64,000 nt of DNA from Patescibacteria group bacterium (GTDB lineage Bacteria; Patescibacteriota; Patescibacteriia; UBA2591; UBA4787): the NCBI GenBank assembly GCA_028715115.1, contig JAQUSN010000002.1, positions 4,944 to 68,943 of the forward strand, read 5' to 3'. Shown here piece by piece: positions 25,038 to 35,390 of the stretch (position 1 is the first letter of the stretch; each line of letters opens with the position of its first letter). Position numbers and translations under genes: made by a program. The notes under the pieces were generated by a model. It saw nothing but the letters and a program-made list of their open reading frames with translations. It ran no database searches and was not told the DNA's origin.

Positions 25038-25466
25038 ATGGAAAATACAAATCCAATGTTAAATCCAGAAACCGGGAAGACCGCTTCTTGTTGCCGAAAG
25101 CGATTTTGGCCGTGTTTCATCTTTTTGCTGGTCATTATTATTGTAATTTTAATCGGTATTTCCATTTACTTAACCAGTCAAGCTTCTTCTTTGGTTGGCA
25201 ATACCAGATCTTACAAGGCAGTATTTTTAACTAGTGGCCAGGCCTATTTTGGCAAGGTGGTGAGTGAAACCAAAAAGACCATTGTTTTACGCGAAGCACA
25301 TTATCTACAGGCCGCTAATGAGAATGAGGGATATAATTTAATGGCCGTAGGATCGGAAATTTATGGGCCAACCAATGAAGTGAGAATAAATAAAGATCAG
25401 GTGGCTTTTATTGAAACCCTAAGCTCAACTTCTGAGGTGGCGAAGAAAATTCAAGGCGGTAAGTAA
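25038..25466 (+). CDS. Hypothetical membrane-anchored protein
   Basis: One N-terminal TM segment (FWPCFIFLLVIIIVILIGISIYL), 142 aa. Confidence 0.5.
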   Translation: MENTNPMLNPETGKTASCCRKRFWPCFIFLLVIIIVILIGISIYLTSQASSLVGNTRSYKAVFLTSGQAYFGKVVSETKKTIVLREAHYLQAANENEGYNLMAVGSEIYGPTNEVRINKDQVAFIETLSSTSEVAKKIQGGK

Positions 25467-25527
25467 AGGACCGTCGCCCTTATTGCCAGCGCTCGCTCGC
25501 TTGGTAAAAAATTTATTTTTTTAAATA

Positions 25528-26883
25528 TTGCATATGGCTCGAAAGGCCGCTCTTAACAGCTCGGGCACAAGATCATCCCTTTTGCATAAACTGATTATCG
25601 TTATTGTGATATTAATTTTATTAATATCTGGAGCAATTTTAACGAGCGTTTTGATTTTCGGGCGTTCGACTGGCAGCGCGGGAGATAGGTTGGTAGAATT
25701 AGACGTACAAGGAGAAAATATGGTTGATAGTTTAGCTACTAATAGATATAGTTTTTCATTAACCAACAGAGAAATATCAGATCTTAGGTCTGCTGAAATG
25801 AACGTTGTTTTTCCAGATGGTTTTATTCTAACCAATACCGATCAGCCTTGCGAAGAGAAATTAACTTCAGGATGTACCTGGCTGTTAGGGAAAGTTAAAA
25901 GAGGCGAAAGTAAAAATATTTCCATTGAAGGTTATTTTTTGGGAGCCAGTAAAACAGAACAGGATTTCAAGACGATTAAAGGTACAATAAATTTTCAGTT
26001 AGAAGACTTTAGTTCCAACTTCCAAAAGCAGTTTGCTAAAAATATTTTTGTCCGACCAGTTTTAACCATAGGTTTGATAGGTCTGAATGACGCCGTGGTT
26101 GGCCAAAAAAGCGAATGGCAGATCAACTTGTCTAATACTTCTGATAAAACCATTAATCAAGTTAGTGCATCACTTATTGCGCCGAGCGGTTTTAACGTAG
26201 AGTTTAATCAAACAGATTCAGACTTATTTTTTAACCAATCTCGCTTGGTTTGGGCGGTTAAAAATTTAGGCCCACGCGCTGAGCGCATTATTAAGTTTAG
26301 GGGTTATTTTAGCGATTCTAATATAACCACGGCCCAGCTAATTGTTAAAGCCGATTTGCCGGACAATGAAAATAAATTATTTCTGCAGGCCGAAAGTAGC
26401 CAGGAGGTTAGCGTTAGAAATGAAAACGTCGGCTTATCGTTGTTAATAGATGCTAGCGAAGGCGCGCTTGCTCCGAGTCAGGAAATACCCGTTTATATAA
26501 CATATAATAATATACCCGCAGATATAAAAGACTTAACACTAAGATTGTCTTTCTCTGATTCCAGCTTGTTTAATTGGTCAGATTTAACCACTAAGTCTTG
26601 GCAATGGCAAAGCGGCGGAAGCAATTTAAACTCACAGTCATGGCTGATCGAATCATCAGCCGACGCTCGATCGATTGTTTGGGGTAAGGCGCAAATTGGC
26701 GCGCTTGAGAATCTATCATCGGCCGATTCAGGCACGATCGAATTAAACATTAAATCAACAGATGTTTTTATTAGCAACAATTCTTTGGTGGAAATAAAAT
26801 TAACAGCCACCGGTAAATATGCCGACAATAGTCCGTTTTCTATTGCCGGTCCGGTGAAATTATTAACGGTTAAAGCATATTAA
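25528..26883 (+). CDS. Hypothetical membrane-anchored extracellular protein
   Basis: N-terminal TM segment. 451 aa, likely beta-rich, no recognised motif. Confidence 0.5.
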   Translation: MHMARKAALNSSGTRSSLLHKLIIVIVILILLISGAILTSVLIFGRSTGSAGDRLVELDVQGENMVDSLATNRYSFSLTNREISDLRSAEMNVVFPDGFILTNTDQPCEEKLTSGCTWLLGKVKRGESKNISIEGYFLGASKTEQDFKTIKGTINFQLEDFSSNFQKQFAKNIFVRPVLTIGLIGLNDAVVGQKSEWQINLSNTSDKTINQVSASLIAPSGFNVEFNQTDSDLFFNQSRLVWAVKNLGPRAERIIKFRGYFSDSNITTAQLIVKADLPDNENKLFLQAESSQEVSVRNENVGLSLLIDASEGALAPSQEIPVYITYNNIPADIKDLTLRLSFSDSSLFNWSDLTTKSWQWQSGGSNLNSQSWLIESSADARSIVWGKAQIGALENLSSADSGTIELNIKSTDVFISNNSLVEIKLTATGKYADNSPFSIAGPVKLLTVKAY

Positions 26884-26892
26884 AGCGATTCT

Positions 26893-27213
26893 ATGATAGA
26901 TATTTTGTATTTTCCGATTTGGTGGTATACGATTGGGCTTATAAAAAGGCTCAAGGGCTTTATTGACAACTTGAATTATTTAAGCCGTTACTTGGCGATT
27001 AAAATACTTTTAGCCAATTTGTTTAAGCCGATGTTTGGCCAATATAGCTGGCAAGGGAGAATCATCAGCTTTTTTATGAGAATTTTACAACTAGCCTTTT
27101 CGTTGGTTGTTTTTGTTTTAGGTACGATATTTTTCTTGGCAATTTTAATTCTCTGGATTGTAACAATTCCGATAGCAGTTATTCAGATTATTCGTTTAGC
27201 CAGCTTATTTTAA
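26893..27213 (+). CDS. Small membrane protein
   Basis: 106 aa with 2 TM segments. Confidence 0.45.
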   Translation: MIDILYFPIWWYTIGLIKRLKGFIDNLNYLSRYLAIKILLANLFKPMFGQYSWQGRIISFFMRILQLAFSLVVFVLGTIFFLAILILWIVTIPIAVIQIIRLASLF

Positions 27214-27217
27214 TTTT

Positions 27218-29938
27218 ATGGAATACATATATTGTCCGACATGTCGGGGATTTGGTCGGTTAGAAAAGCGGGTTTGCCCAACCTGCCGTGGCCGAGGACT
27301 GTACGCCTGGGTCGGCGGTTATTTGTTGTATTGGTATAAAAGATTCAGCAAAACTGAATTAGCTTGGTTAAAATTAAAAATAGCCGTCATGTTTTTAATT
27401 AATTTGGCTCTTTTTGCCTTTGGCCTTTTGGGTATTTTAGCGTTGGCGCAAAGCATTTTTCATTTATATTATTTTGATAAAGTCTGGAATTTTTTTACTC
27501 AAAGCAAAAATTTTTTACAACTTATTTTTTGGATTTCTGTTATCACAGACGCTTATTTATTTTATCGATTTGAAAAGTTAACGGAAAGGCGCCGCAAAAT
27601 TTGGCCGAAAACTACGCAAAATTTATTACCGCCGACCAGTGACTGGATGACAATTAATCATTTGAGCTCCAAATTTAAAATAAACGTTGCCGATTCTTTA
27701 TCCGACGAAGCCAAAAAATTAATTTTAAACGCTTGGCAATTGGCCGAAAAAATGAGCAGCGCAGAAATTTTGCCGATTCATTTATTGGCTGCTGGGTTGA
27801 CTAGTTCGCAAATTAGTTTGGTAATTAATCGTTTAGGCTTAAACTGGCCCAAGTTAAATGAAAAAGTTGCTCGAGCTTTAGCCGTTACTCCAAAAGTTTC
27901 TGGGCTGATAGACCCCAAAATTTCCAAAGACAGTAAGGCAGTAATTTTAACGGCCTATGAACTTGCTTGCCAAGACAAAATGATTAACGTTGATTGCCTT
28001 AAAATTCTCGAAGCCTTAGCTGCGCCAGAAGGAGTGATTAAAGAAATTTTTTATGACTTAGAAATTGGTTTAGATGAAATAAAAAACGTTTCGGTTTGGG
28101 TGAAGGTTTACGAAGCTTTACAAAAAGAATACCATCGCTTTCGTGGCGCTGCGCGTTTTAAACCCAAGGGCGCTATGAATCGGGCCATGACTGCCATTGC
28201 TACGCCCAATTTGGATTCTTTTAGTCAGGATTTAACTCAGGTGGCTCGTTATGGTTATTTGGGTTATTGTTTAGATCGAGAAAAAGAATATGCGGAAATT
28301 CTGCGAGCCATTGAAGGCGGACACGGCAGCGCGGTTTTAGTCGGCCAACCTGGCGTTGGTAAAACGACCATCATTAATGGTATTGCCAGACGAATGACCA
28401 CTGAAGATGTGCCTTCGGTTTTGCGCGATAAAAGACTAGTTAGTTTGTCGTTGGCGAGCTTAGTGGCCGGTGCTTCACGACCCGGAGAAATTGAACAGAG
28501 ATTACAGCTTTTAATGAGCGAGATAGTTCGTTCTGGCAATATTATTTTATTCATTCCCAATATTCATAATATGATCGGCGTTAAAACCACGGAAGGCGAA
28601 TTGGACATTTCTGAAATTTTAGCTGATGCTTTAAAGAAAAAACTTTTTACAGCTATAGCCACGACAACCACGGCCGATTATCGTAAATACATCGAAAATA
28701 AGAGCTTGGGCGAGGCCTTGCAAAAAATAGAAGTTGAAGAGCCGGGCAAAAATGAAACCATCCAAATTTTGGAGGCCAATGCGGCGTCAATTGAAGGAAA
28801 GGAACAGGTTTACTTTTCTTACGGATCACTCACCAAGGCCATAGAATTATCGGTTCGTTATATTTCGGAAAGATTTTTGCCGGACAAGGCAATTAATTTG
28901 ATGAAAGAAGTGGCTATTTTTGTTCGCAACAAACGCGGTCGGCAAACTGTGGTGCAAACTGAAGACGTGGCTGCGATCGTGGCGGAAAAAACCAACATTC
29001 CGGTGACTAAAATCACCGAACAAGAAAGTCAAAAGTTATTAAACCTTGAGGATGAAATTCACAAAAGAATTATCGGTCAGGATGAAGCAGTCGAAATGGT
29101 GGCTTCGGCCTTGCGTCGAGCTCGCGCGGAGTTGCGCGACAATAAGCGACCAATTGTTAATTTGCTCTTTTTGGGCCCAACCGGCGTTGGTAAAACCGAA
29201 TTAGCTAAAACCGTAGCTGAAGTTTATTTCGGCGATGAGAATAAAATGGTTCGTTTAGATATGAGCGAATATCAGACCGCCGAAAGCATCAATCGTTTAA
29301 TTGGCGCGACAGGCGGCGAAGAGGGCGGACAATTAACCGAGCAAGTTAGGCAAAATCCTTTCACCTTATTATTATTAGATGAAATCGAAAAAGCTCATCC
29401 GGATATTTTAAATCTTTTCTTGCAATTAATGGACGATGGGCGTTTAACTGATGCCATGGGCCGGACCGTGGACTTTACCAATGTAATTTTAATTGCCACC
29501 TCTAATGCCGGCACTGATTTTATACAAGAGCAGATAAAAAATAACGTGGCCGTGGCAACAATTCAGGATGTTTTAGTGCGAGAAAAGCTTAAAACATACT
29601 TTAAGCCAGAATTTATTAATCGTTTTGATGGGGTTATTGTCTTTAAGCCGTTGACAATGGCGGAAATAACCAAAATCGCCCAGTTAATGATTAATAAATT
29701 AGTTAAACAAATGTTAGCCAAGGGAATTATTCTTAGGGCCACTGATGCTGCAATTCAAGAGTTATCACAAAAAGGATTTGATCCTATTTTCGGCGCCAGG
29801 CCCTTACGTCGTGTGATTCAAGAGAACGTTAATAACGCCTTAGCAGATTTTCTATTAAGCGGTAAGATTGGTAGGCGAGATGTGGTAGTTTTAGATAAGG
29901 GCAATCAAATTAGGATAGAAAAGGGCTCTAGCATTTAA
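27218..29938 (+). CDS. Clp/Hsp100-family AAA+ ATPase (ClpC/ClpB-like) with N-terminal zinc ribbon and transmembrane segments
   Basis: CPTCRGFGRLEKRVCPTCRGRG is followed by 2 TM helices and Clp_N-like repeats. D1 Walker A is GQPGVGKTT, D2 Walker A is GPTGVGKTELAK, and D2 sensor/arginine-finger motifs are present. Confidence 0.75.
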   Translation: MEYIYCPTCRGFGRLEKRVCPTCRGRGLYAWVGGYLLYWYKRFSKTELAWLKLKIAVMFLINLALFAFGLLGILALAQSIFHLYYFDKVWNFFTQSKNFLQLIFWISVITDAYLFYRFEKLTERRRKIWPKTTQNLLPPTSDWMTINHLSSKFKINVADSLSDEAKKLILNAWQLAEKMSSAEILPIHLLAAGLTSSQISLVINRLGLNWPKLNEKVARALAVTPKVSGLIDPKISKDSKAVILTAYELACQDKMINVDCLKILEALAAPEGVIKEIFYDLEIGLDEIKNVSVWVKVYEALQKEYHRFRGAARFKPKGAMNRAMTAIATPNLDSFSQDLTQVARYGYLGYCLDREKEYAEILRAIEGGHGSAVLVGQPGVGKTTIINGIARRMTTEDVPSVLRDKRLVSLSLASLVAGASRPGEIEQRLQLLMSEIVRSGNIILFIPNIHNMIGVKTTEGELDISEILADALKKKLFTAIATTTTADYRKYIENKSLGEALQKIEVEEPGKNETIQILEANAASIEGKEQVYFSYGSLTKAIELSVRYISERFLPDKAINLMKEVAIFVRNKRGRQTVVQTEDVAAIVAEKTNIPVTKITEQESQKLLNLEDEIHKRIIGQDEAVEMVASALRRARAELRDNKRPIVNLLFLGPTGVGKTELAKTVAEVYFGDENKMVRLDMSEYQTAESINRLIGATGGEEGGQLTEQVRQNPFTLLLLDEIEKAHPDILNLFLQLMDDGRLTDAMGRTVDFTNVILIATSNAGTDFIQEQIKNNVAVATIQDVLVREKLKTYFKPEFINRFDGVIVFKPLTMAEITKIAQLMINKLVKQMLAKGIILRATDAAIQELSQKGFDPIFGARPLRRVIQENVNNALADFLLSGKIGRRDVVVLDKGNQIRIEKGSSI

Positions 29939-29956
29939 TATTATAATAATTTTGGC

Positions 29957-31066
29957 ATGCTCATCGGCATTGATGCTTCAAGGGCTAATCGCGCCCACAA
30001 AACTGGAGTAGAATGGTATTCTTTTTACCTGATTCAGGAACTAAAGAAAATCCCCGTTAAAGCAGGGGATACTTTTGTCTTATATGGGTCAGGCGAACTA
30101 AAAGGAGAGTTAAGTAATTTACCGGGACACTGGTATGCTAAAATATTAAAATGGCCCTTAAAATATTTTTGGACGCAAATCAGATTGTCGTGGGAAATGA
30201 TGTTTAATCCGCCAGACGTGCTATTTGTGCCTTCACATGCTTTGCCTATTTTTTGCCGAGCTAAGACCGTTATCACCTTGCATGATTTGGGATTTGAAAG
30301 ATTTCCTAAGGCTTATAGTTTTTGCCAGAAAAATTATCTAAAATTTGTTTATAAGTGGGCTGTTAAGCGAGCCAATAAAATAATCGTGCCTTCAGAATTT
30401 ACCCGCCAAGAGCTGATTAATCTTTATAAAGCAGAAGAAAATAAAATAGAAAAAATTTATTTGGCCTATCAGCCCGAGACCTTTCGATTAATAAGCGACC
30501 AAGAAAAAGCAGAATCCGTATTGATAAAATATAAGATTAAAAAACCATATCTTTTATACATCGGCCGCTTAGAAAAAAAGAAAAATACACTTGGCCTATT
30601 AAAAGCCTGGCAAGAGATTTCCCGAGCTGACAATAATTTAAATTTGGTTTTAGTCGGGCCCGAAGGTTATGGCTTTGAAGAAGTAAGGGAGTTGTTAAAT
30701 AAATTGAAAAATAAAATTATTTATTTGCCATATATTGGTCAAGACGAAACGCCTTATTTATATTCTGGAGCTGTTTGTTTTGTGTTTCCAAGTTTTTATG
30801 AAGGATTTGGTTTGCCGATTTTAGAAGCCATGGCCTGTGGTTGTCCGGTAGTTGCTTCTAAGGTCGCCTCCATTCACGAAGTTGGCGGCGAAGCATTAGA
30901 ATATTTTAATCCGCAAGAAATCGACGATATGGTAGGGACGATTAGGAAGATAGTTTATAATTCAGAGATTCGAGAACAAATGATTGCCAGGGGGCTAGCG
31001 CGGGTTAATAATTTTTCTTGGGCTAAATGTGCCCAAGAAACCCTTAGCGTTTTAAAAAATTTGTAA
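29957..31066 (+). CDS. Glycosyltransferase family 4
   Basis: EGFGLPILEAMACGCPVV motif. 369 aa. Confidence 0.8.
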   Translation: MLIGIDASRANRAHKTGVEWYSFYLIQELKKIPVKAGDTFVLYGSGELKGELSNLPGHWYAKILKWPLKYFWTQIRLSWEMMFNPPDVLFVPSHALPIFCRAKTVITLHDLGFERFPKAYSFCQKNYLKFVYKWAVKRANKIIVPSEFTRQELINLYKAEENKIEKIYLAYQPETFRLISDQEKAESVLIKYKIKKPYLLYIGRLEKKKNTLGLLKAWQEISRADNNLNLVLVGPEGYGFEEVRELLNKLKNKIIYLPYIGQDETPYLYSGAVCFVFPSFYEGFGLPILEAMACGCPVVASKVASIHEVGGEALEYFNPQEIDDMVGTIRKIVYNSEIREQMIARGLARVNNFSWAKCAQETLSVLKNL

Positions 31067-31069
31067 TTT

Positions 31070-32020
31070 ATGGTCCAGGTTAATTGGCCGATTGCCGGTC
31101 ATAAAAAAATTGTAGAATTTTTACAAAAAAGCATTGCCAATAATCGATTGGCTCATGCTTATTTGTTTTATGGCTCACAAAATGTCGGAAAAGGTCTGGT
31201 GGCCTTAAATTTTATTTCGGAAATTTTAACTAAAAATTCAATCGGTCGTGATAAAAATTTAATTCAAGAACAAATTAGGCAAAAATCACATCCAGACGTT
31301 TTTTGGATAGAAAAGCTTGAAAATAAAAGGAATATCAGCATTGATCAAGTCAGGGATCTGAGGATAAACCTAAATTTAAGCCCCTTTTCAAATGGCCATA
31401 AAATTGTTATAATCAATAATGCCGAGGAGTTGAGTGAGGCGGCTGCCAACTCTTTTTTAAAAATCCTGGAAGAGACGCCGAGCAAAACGATAATCATTTT
31501 ATTAGTAAATAATCTAAAAAGAATTTTGCCGACCATTACTTCGCGCTGTCAATTGATAAAATTTAATCCGGTTCCACTGGAAGAAATTAAAAAATTTTTG
31601 GTCAATAAACTAAAAGTTAAGGCCGGGGAAGCGGAGATACTGAGTCAATTGTCCTTCGGTCGTCCAGGATTAATCGTTGATTGGTTGGAGCAAAAAGAAA
31701 AATCAAAAGAATATCAGCAACAAATAAAATTTTTTATAAAAATTATTAATGGAACATTGCACGAAAAAATAAATTTTGTGTCGCAAATAGAAGATGTTCC
31801 GTTTTTTGCCTGGCAAATTATTTTAAGAGACATGCTTTTGTTTAAAAATAATTTACCCATCATTAATTCAGAGATAAAAATTTCTATTGAACGACTGATA
31901 GGGAAGTGGTCGGAAGAAAAAATTTACGCCGCAATTAAATCTCTTGAGCGAACAGAAAAATTATTTAGATTCAATATAAATAAGAAACTAGCTTTGGAGA
32001 ATTTTTTTATTAATTTATAA
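31070..32020 (+). CDS. holB: DNA polymerase III delta' subunit (clamp-loader AAA+)
   Basis: AHAYLFYGSQNVGKG P-loop-like region, SRC motif (TSRCQLIKF), ~316 aa. Confidence 0.7.
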   Translation: MVQVNWPIAGHKKIVEFLQKSIANNRLAHAYLFYGSQNVGKGLVALNFISEILTKNSIGRDKNLIQEQIRQKSHPDVFWIEKLENKRNISIDQVRDLRINLNLSPFSNGHKIVIINNAEELSEAAANSFLKILEETPSKTIIILLVNNLKRILPTITSRCQLIKFNPVPLEEIKKFLVNKLKVKAGEAEILSQLSFGRPGLIVDWLEQKEKSKEYQQQIKFFIKIINGTLHEKINFVSQIEDVPFFAWQIILRDMLLFKNNLPIINSEIKISIERLIGKWSEEKIYAAIKSLERTEKLFRFNINKKLALENFFINL

Positions 32021-32025
32021 ACTCT

Positions 32026-33075
32026 ATGAAAAACAAAATTATTTTTCTCGGATTAATTTCGTCTTTGCTTTTAATGGGAGCTGGTTGTAGTAAGGTGCAA
32101 GTTGTTTCTAATGATGGCGGTGTTTATAAATCTTTTGACAACGGCACCAGATGGGAACAGAAGGTCGCAGTTCTAAGTGTGGGTCAGCCCAAGAGCATTG
32201 CCACCATCAATGTGGCTAAATTAGTTTTTGATCCATCAGATGCCAATTTGCTTTATGCCGTATCTAGCGACGGTAGATTATTTACAACTCTTGATGCGGC
32301 TGAATCTTGGCAGGAGCTAACCAAAGTCCCAAAGGGAATTATAAATAGTATTGCTTTTAACCTACAAACTGGCGAAACAGTTTATTTGGCTATTGGCAAT
32401 AAGATATATAAAAGTGACTGTTCTTGCCGTTCTTGGCAAAACGTTTATTTAGAAGCATTGCCGAATATTCAGGTAATGGCCTTGGCGGTTGATGGCGGTG
32501 ATGTAAATAAAGTTTTAGCTGGCCTTTCTGATGGCCGAATCATTAAAAGTAGCGATGGAGGTAACAATTGGTCAACCTTTTATGACTTTAAAAACAAAAT
32601 TGCCCAGATTATGTTTAGCCCCAATAGTACAGGGGTTATTTATGTGAACACAAATGGCGGTGGCTTATGGCGATCGACCGATGCCGGAAATAGCTGGCAA
32701 AATCTAGACCAAAATCTTAAGAGTTTTAGAGGCGGTCGAGACGTTAGTTTAATGGTTGCGGACGCGACTAGGCCGGATTCATTGGTTATTTCAAGTACTT
32801 ATGGTCTTTTGCGCTCAAATGATGGCGGCCAGAGCTGGACCGATTATAAATTATTGTCTCAACCGGGCAAGGCCACTATTTCGGCCTTTGGTTTCAACCC
32901 CAAGAACCCCAATGAAATCTATTATACCACTAACAACACCCTATATCGGTCTTCAGACGGAGGAGCAAAGTGGCAAACCAAGCCCTTACCCAGCAAAAGG
33001 ACTCCGACCGTACTTCTGGTTGACCCGAACAATCCACATGTCCTTTATTTAGGACTTGCCAGAATTGAAAAATAG
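32026..33075 (+). CDS. BNR/Asp-box repeat lipoprotein (Ycf48/sialidase-like beta-propeller)
   Basis: Lipobox LLMGAGCS. Repeated SxDGGxxW motifs: KSSDGGNNWS, RSTDAGNSWQ, RSNDGGQSWT, RSSDGGAKWQ. Confidence 0.7.
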   Translation: MKNKIIFLGLISSLLLMGAGCSKVQVVSNDGGVYKSFDNGTRWEQKVAVLSVGQPKSIATINVAKLVFDPSDANLLYAVSSDGRLFTTLDAAESWQELTKVPKGIINSIAFNLQTGETVYLAIGNKIYKSDCSCRSWQNVYLEALPNIQVMALAVDGGDVNKVLAGLSDGRIIKSSDGGNNWSTFYDFKNKIAQIMFSPNSTGVIYVNTNGGGLWRSTDAGNSWQNLDQNLKSFRGGRDVSLMVADATRPDSLVISSTYGLLRSNDGGQSWTDYKLLSQPGKATISAFGFNPKNPNEIYYTTNNTLYRSSDGGAKWQTKPLPSKRTPTVLLVDPNNPHVLYLGLARIEK

Positions 33076-33155
33076 TTCTAAACTAAAAATCCATTTATTA
33101 TAATTAATTAACGCTGATTGATTTTTTAGAATTAATCGGCCCTAAAGAAATTCTT

Positions 33156-35174
33156 ATGCCCAAAACAGCCAAAACCAAAATCGCCAACATTAAAAAAAGA
33201 GACGGACAACTCGTTGCTTTCGATCAAAGTAAAATTACCAATGCAATTTATCGTGCCGTGACCGCTGTCGAGGGCGAAGACGGAAAATTATCAAAAAAAT
33301 TATCTAAACAAGTGGTAGAAATTCTAAATAGGCGCTTTAAGAAGACCATCCCCAGCGTCGAAGACATCCAAGATATTGTCGAAGAAGTTTTAATCTTATC
33401 TGATTTAGTCGAAATAGCTCGCGCTTATATTCTCTATCGTGAACAGCGCAGAAAAATTCGCGAAAGCAATCTAGCCACGCAAGAGACCGTCTCTTCAGTC
33501 GATCAATATTTAGAAGAATTAGATTGGGAGGTTCACGAAAATGCCAACATGGCTTATTCGCTACAGGGACTAAATCATTATGTAACGACTTCGGTCATCA
33601 AACAATATTGGTTGAATAAATTTTATCCAAAAGAAATTCGCGAAGCGGCTAAGGGTGGCGATTTTCACATCCACAACCTGGATTGTCTCGGACCGTATTG
33701 TATGGGTTGGGATTTATATGATTTTTTGGTTCGTGGTTTTGGCGGAGTTGTCGGCAAAATTGAAACTAAGCCGGCTAAACATTTAAGAACAGCCTTAGGA
33801 CATTTAGTAAATTTATTTTATACACTACAAGGAGAATCAGCTGGTGCGCAAGCTGTTTCTTCATTTGATACTTTACTCGCGCCGTTCATTCGTTTTGATA
33901 ATTTGGATTATAAGGGTATTAAACAGGCCGTGCAAGAGTTTCTGTTTAATTGTTCAGTGCCGACTCGAGTAGGTTTTCAGACTCCGTTTACTAATATCAG
34001 TTTAGACATTAAATCGCCATCAAATCTGGCTAATACGCCAGTAATTATTGGCGGAAAACCACAGAAAGAGACCTATGGTGAATTTCAGGAAGAAATGAAT
34101 ATGTTAAATAAGGCGCTTTTTGAATGTATGACCGAAGGGGATGCCAAGAAAAGGGTTTTTACTTTTCCCATCCCGACCATTAGTATTGGTAAGGACTTTA
34201 ATTGGGAAGATCCGGCGCTCGATACGATGTGGGAGGCGACAGCCAAATATGGCATTAATTATTTCAGCAACTTTATTCAGTCAGATATGAAGCCAGAAGA
34301 TGTGCGTAGTATGTGTTGCCGATTAAGACTTGATAAGCGAGAGTTATATAAAAGAGGCGGTGGTTTATTCGGCGCCAATCCTTTAACCGGCAGCATGGGG
34401 GTGGTAACATTAAATTTGCCGCGTATCGGGTATTTATCTAAAAATGAAAAAGAATTTTTTGCTCGTTTAAGTCATTTAATGGATTTAGCTAAAGAAAGTT
34501 TGGAAATAAAAAGAAAAGGATTGGAAGATTTAATAGAAAAAGGTTTATATCCTTATTCAAAGTTTTATTTATCCAGCATTAAAAAGGTCCGCGGTAGTTA
34601 TTGGGCTAATCATTTTGCTACCATTGGTATTGTTGGGATGAATGAGGCCTTGCTAAATTTTGTTAAAATCAAAAAAGATATCACCACCAAAGAAGGCAAG
34701 GCGTTTGCCATTAAAGTGATGGATTTCATGAGAGATAAATTACTTCAGTATCAAGAAGAAACCAGCAATATCTATAATCTGGAAAGCACGCCGGCAGAAA
34801 GCACTTCGTATCGTTTGGCTGAAAAAGATAAATTAGCCTATCCGGATATTATTACTTCGGGCGAGAAAGTTCCTTATTATACCAACTCAACTCAATTGCC
34901 GGTTAATTTCAGCAATGATATTTTTACTTCACTGAAACTACAAGATGATTTGCAAACAAAATATACGGGTGGAACTGTCTTCCATATCTGGTTAGGAGAA
35001 CGATTGCCGGACGGAAAAACTTGTAAAAAATTGGTTAAGAGAATTTTCGAAAATTTTAAACTACCTTATATTACCTTTACCCCCACCTTTAGTATTTGTC
35101 CTAAGCACGGTTATTTAAGCGGTGAGCATGAATTTTGTCCGATTTGTGACGAAGAAATTGGCTATAAAAAGTAA
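33156..35174 (+). CDS. nrdD: Anaerobic ribonucleoside-triphosphate reductase NrdD (class III), lacking the glycyl-radical C-terminal segment
   Basis: N-terminal ATP-cone (IKKRDGQLVAFDQSKITNAIYRAV), a class III RNR core, and a C-terminal Zn-ribbon CPKHGY...CPICDEE. The ORF stops before the RxxGY glycyl-radical motif. Confidence 0.8.
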   Translation: MPKTAKTKIANIKKRDGQLVAFDQSKITNAIYRAVTAVEGEDGKLSKKLSKQVVEILNRRFKKTIPSVEDIQDIVEEVLILSDLVEIARAYILYREQRRKIRESNLATQETVSSVDQYLEELDWEVHENANMAYSLQGLNHYVTTSVIKQYWLNKFYPKEIREAAKGGDFHIHNLDCLGPYCMGWDLYDFLVRGFGGVVGKIETKPAKHLRTALGHLVNLFYTLQGESAGAQAVSSFDTLLAPFIRFDNLDYKGIKQAVQEFLFNCSVPTRVGFQTPFTNISLDIKSPSNLANTPVIIGGKPQKETYGEFQEEMNMLNKALFECMTEGDAKKRVFTFPIPTISIGKDFNWEDPALDTMWEATAKYGINYFSNFIQSDMKPEDVRSMCCRLRLDKRELYKRGGGLFGANPLTGSMGVVTLNLPRIGYLSKNEKEFFARLSHLMDLAKESLEIKRKGLEDLIEKGLYPYSKFYLSSIKKVRGSYWANHFATIGIVGMNEALLNFVKIKKDITTKEGKAFAIKVMDFMRDKLLQYQEETSNIYNLESTPAESTSYRLAEKDKLAYPDIITSGEKVPYYTNSTQLPVNFSNDIFTSLKLQDDLQTKYTGGTVFHIWLGERLPDGKTCKKLVKRIFENFKLPYITFTPTFSICPKHGYLSGEHEFCPICDEEIGYKK

Positions 35175-35209
35175 AGGGCTAATTAATAATTAATATTTAT
35201 TTAACAAAT

Positions 35210-35362
35210 ATGAATAAATCCGAAAAATCAACCGAAAATTTATCCCGCACGCGTTGTGAAGTTTATTCTCGCGTGGTTGGCTATTTAAGGCCTGTTCAAC
35301 AATGGAACAAAGGCAAGAAAGAGGAATTTCGACAAAGACAGACCTTTAAGGCTAAGATTTAA
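35210..35362 (+). CDS. Stand-alone NrdD-type glycyl-radical domain micro-ORF (50 aa)
   Basis: MNKSEKSTENLSRTRCEVYSRVVGYLRPVQQWNKGKKEEFRQRQTF carries the NrdD C-terminal signature RV(C/V)GY...W N.GK..E..R. It lies 35 nt after the nrdD stop, in a different frame, and is absent from the ORF track. Confidence 0.6.
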   Translation: MNKSEKSTENLSRTRCEVYSRVVGYLRPVQQWNKGKKEEFRQRQTFKAKI

Positions 35363-35390
35363 TAATTTCAGATAATTTGAATTTTAAGAT

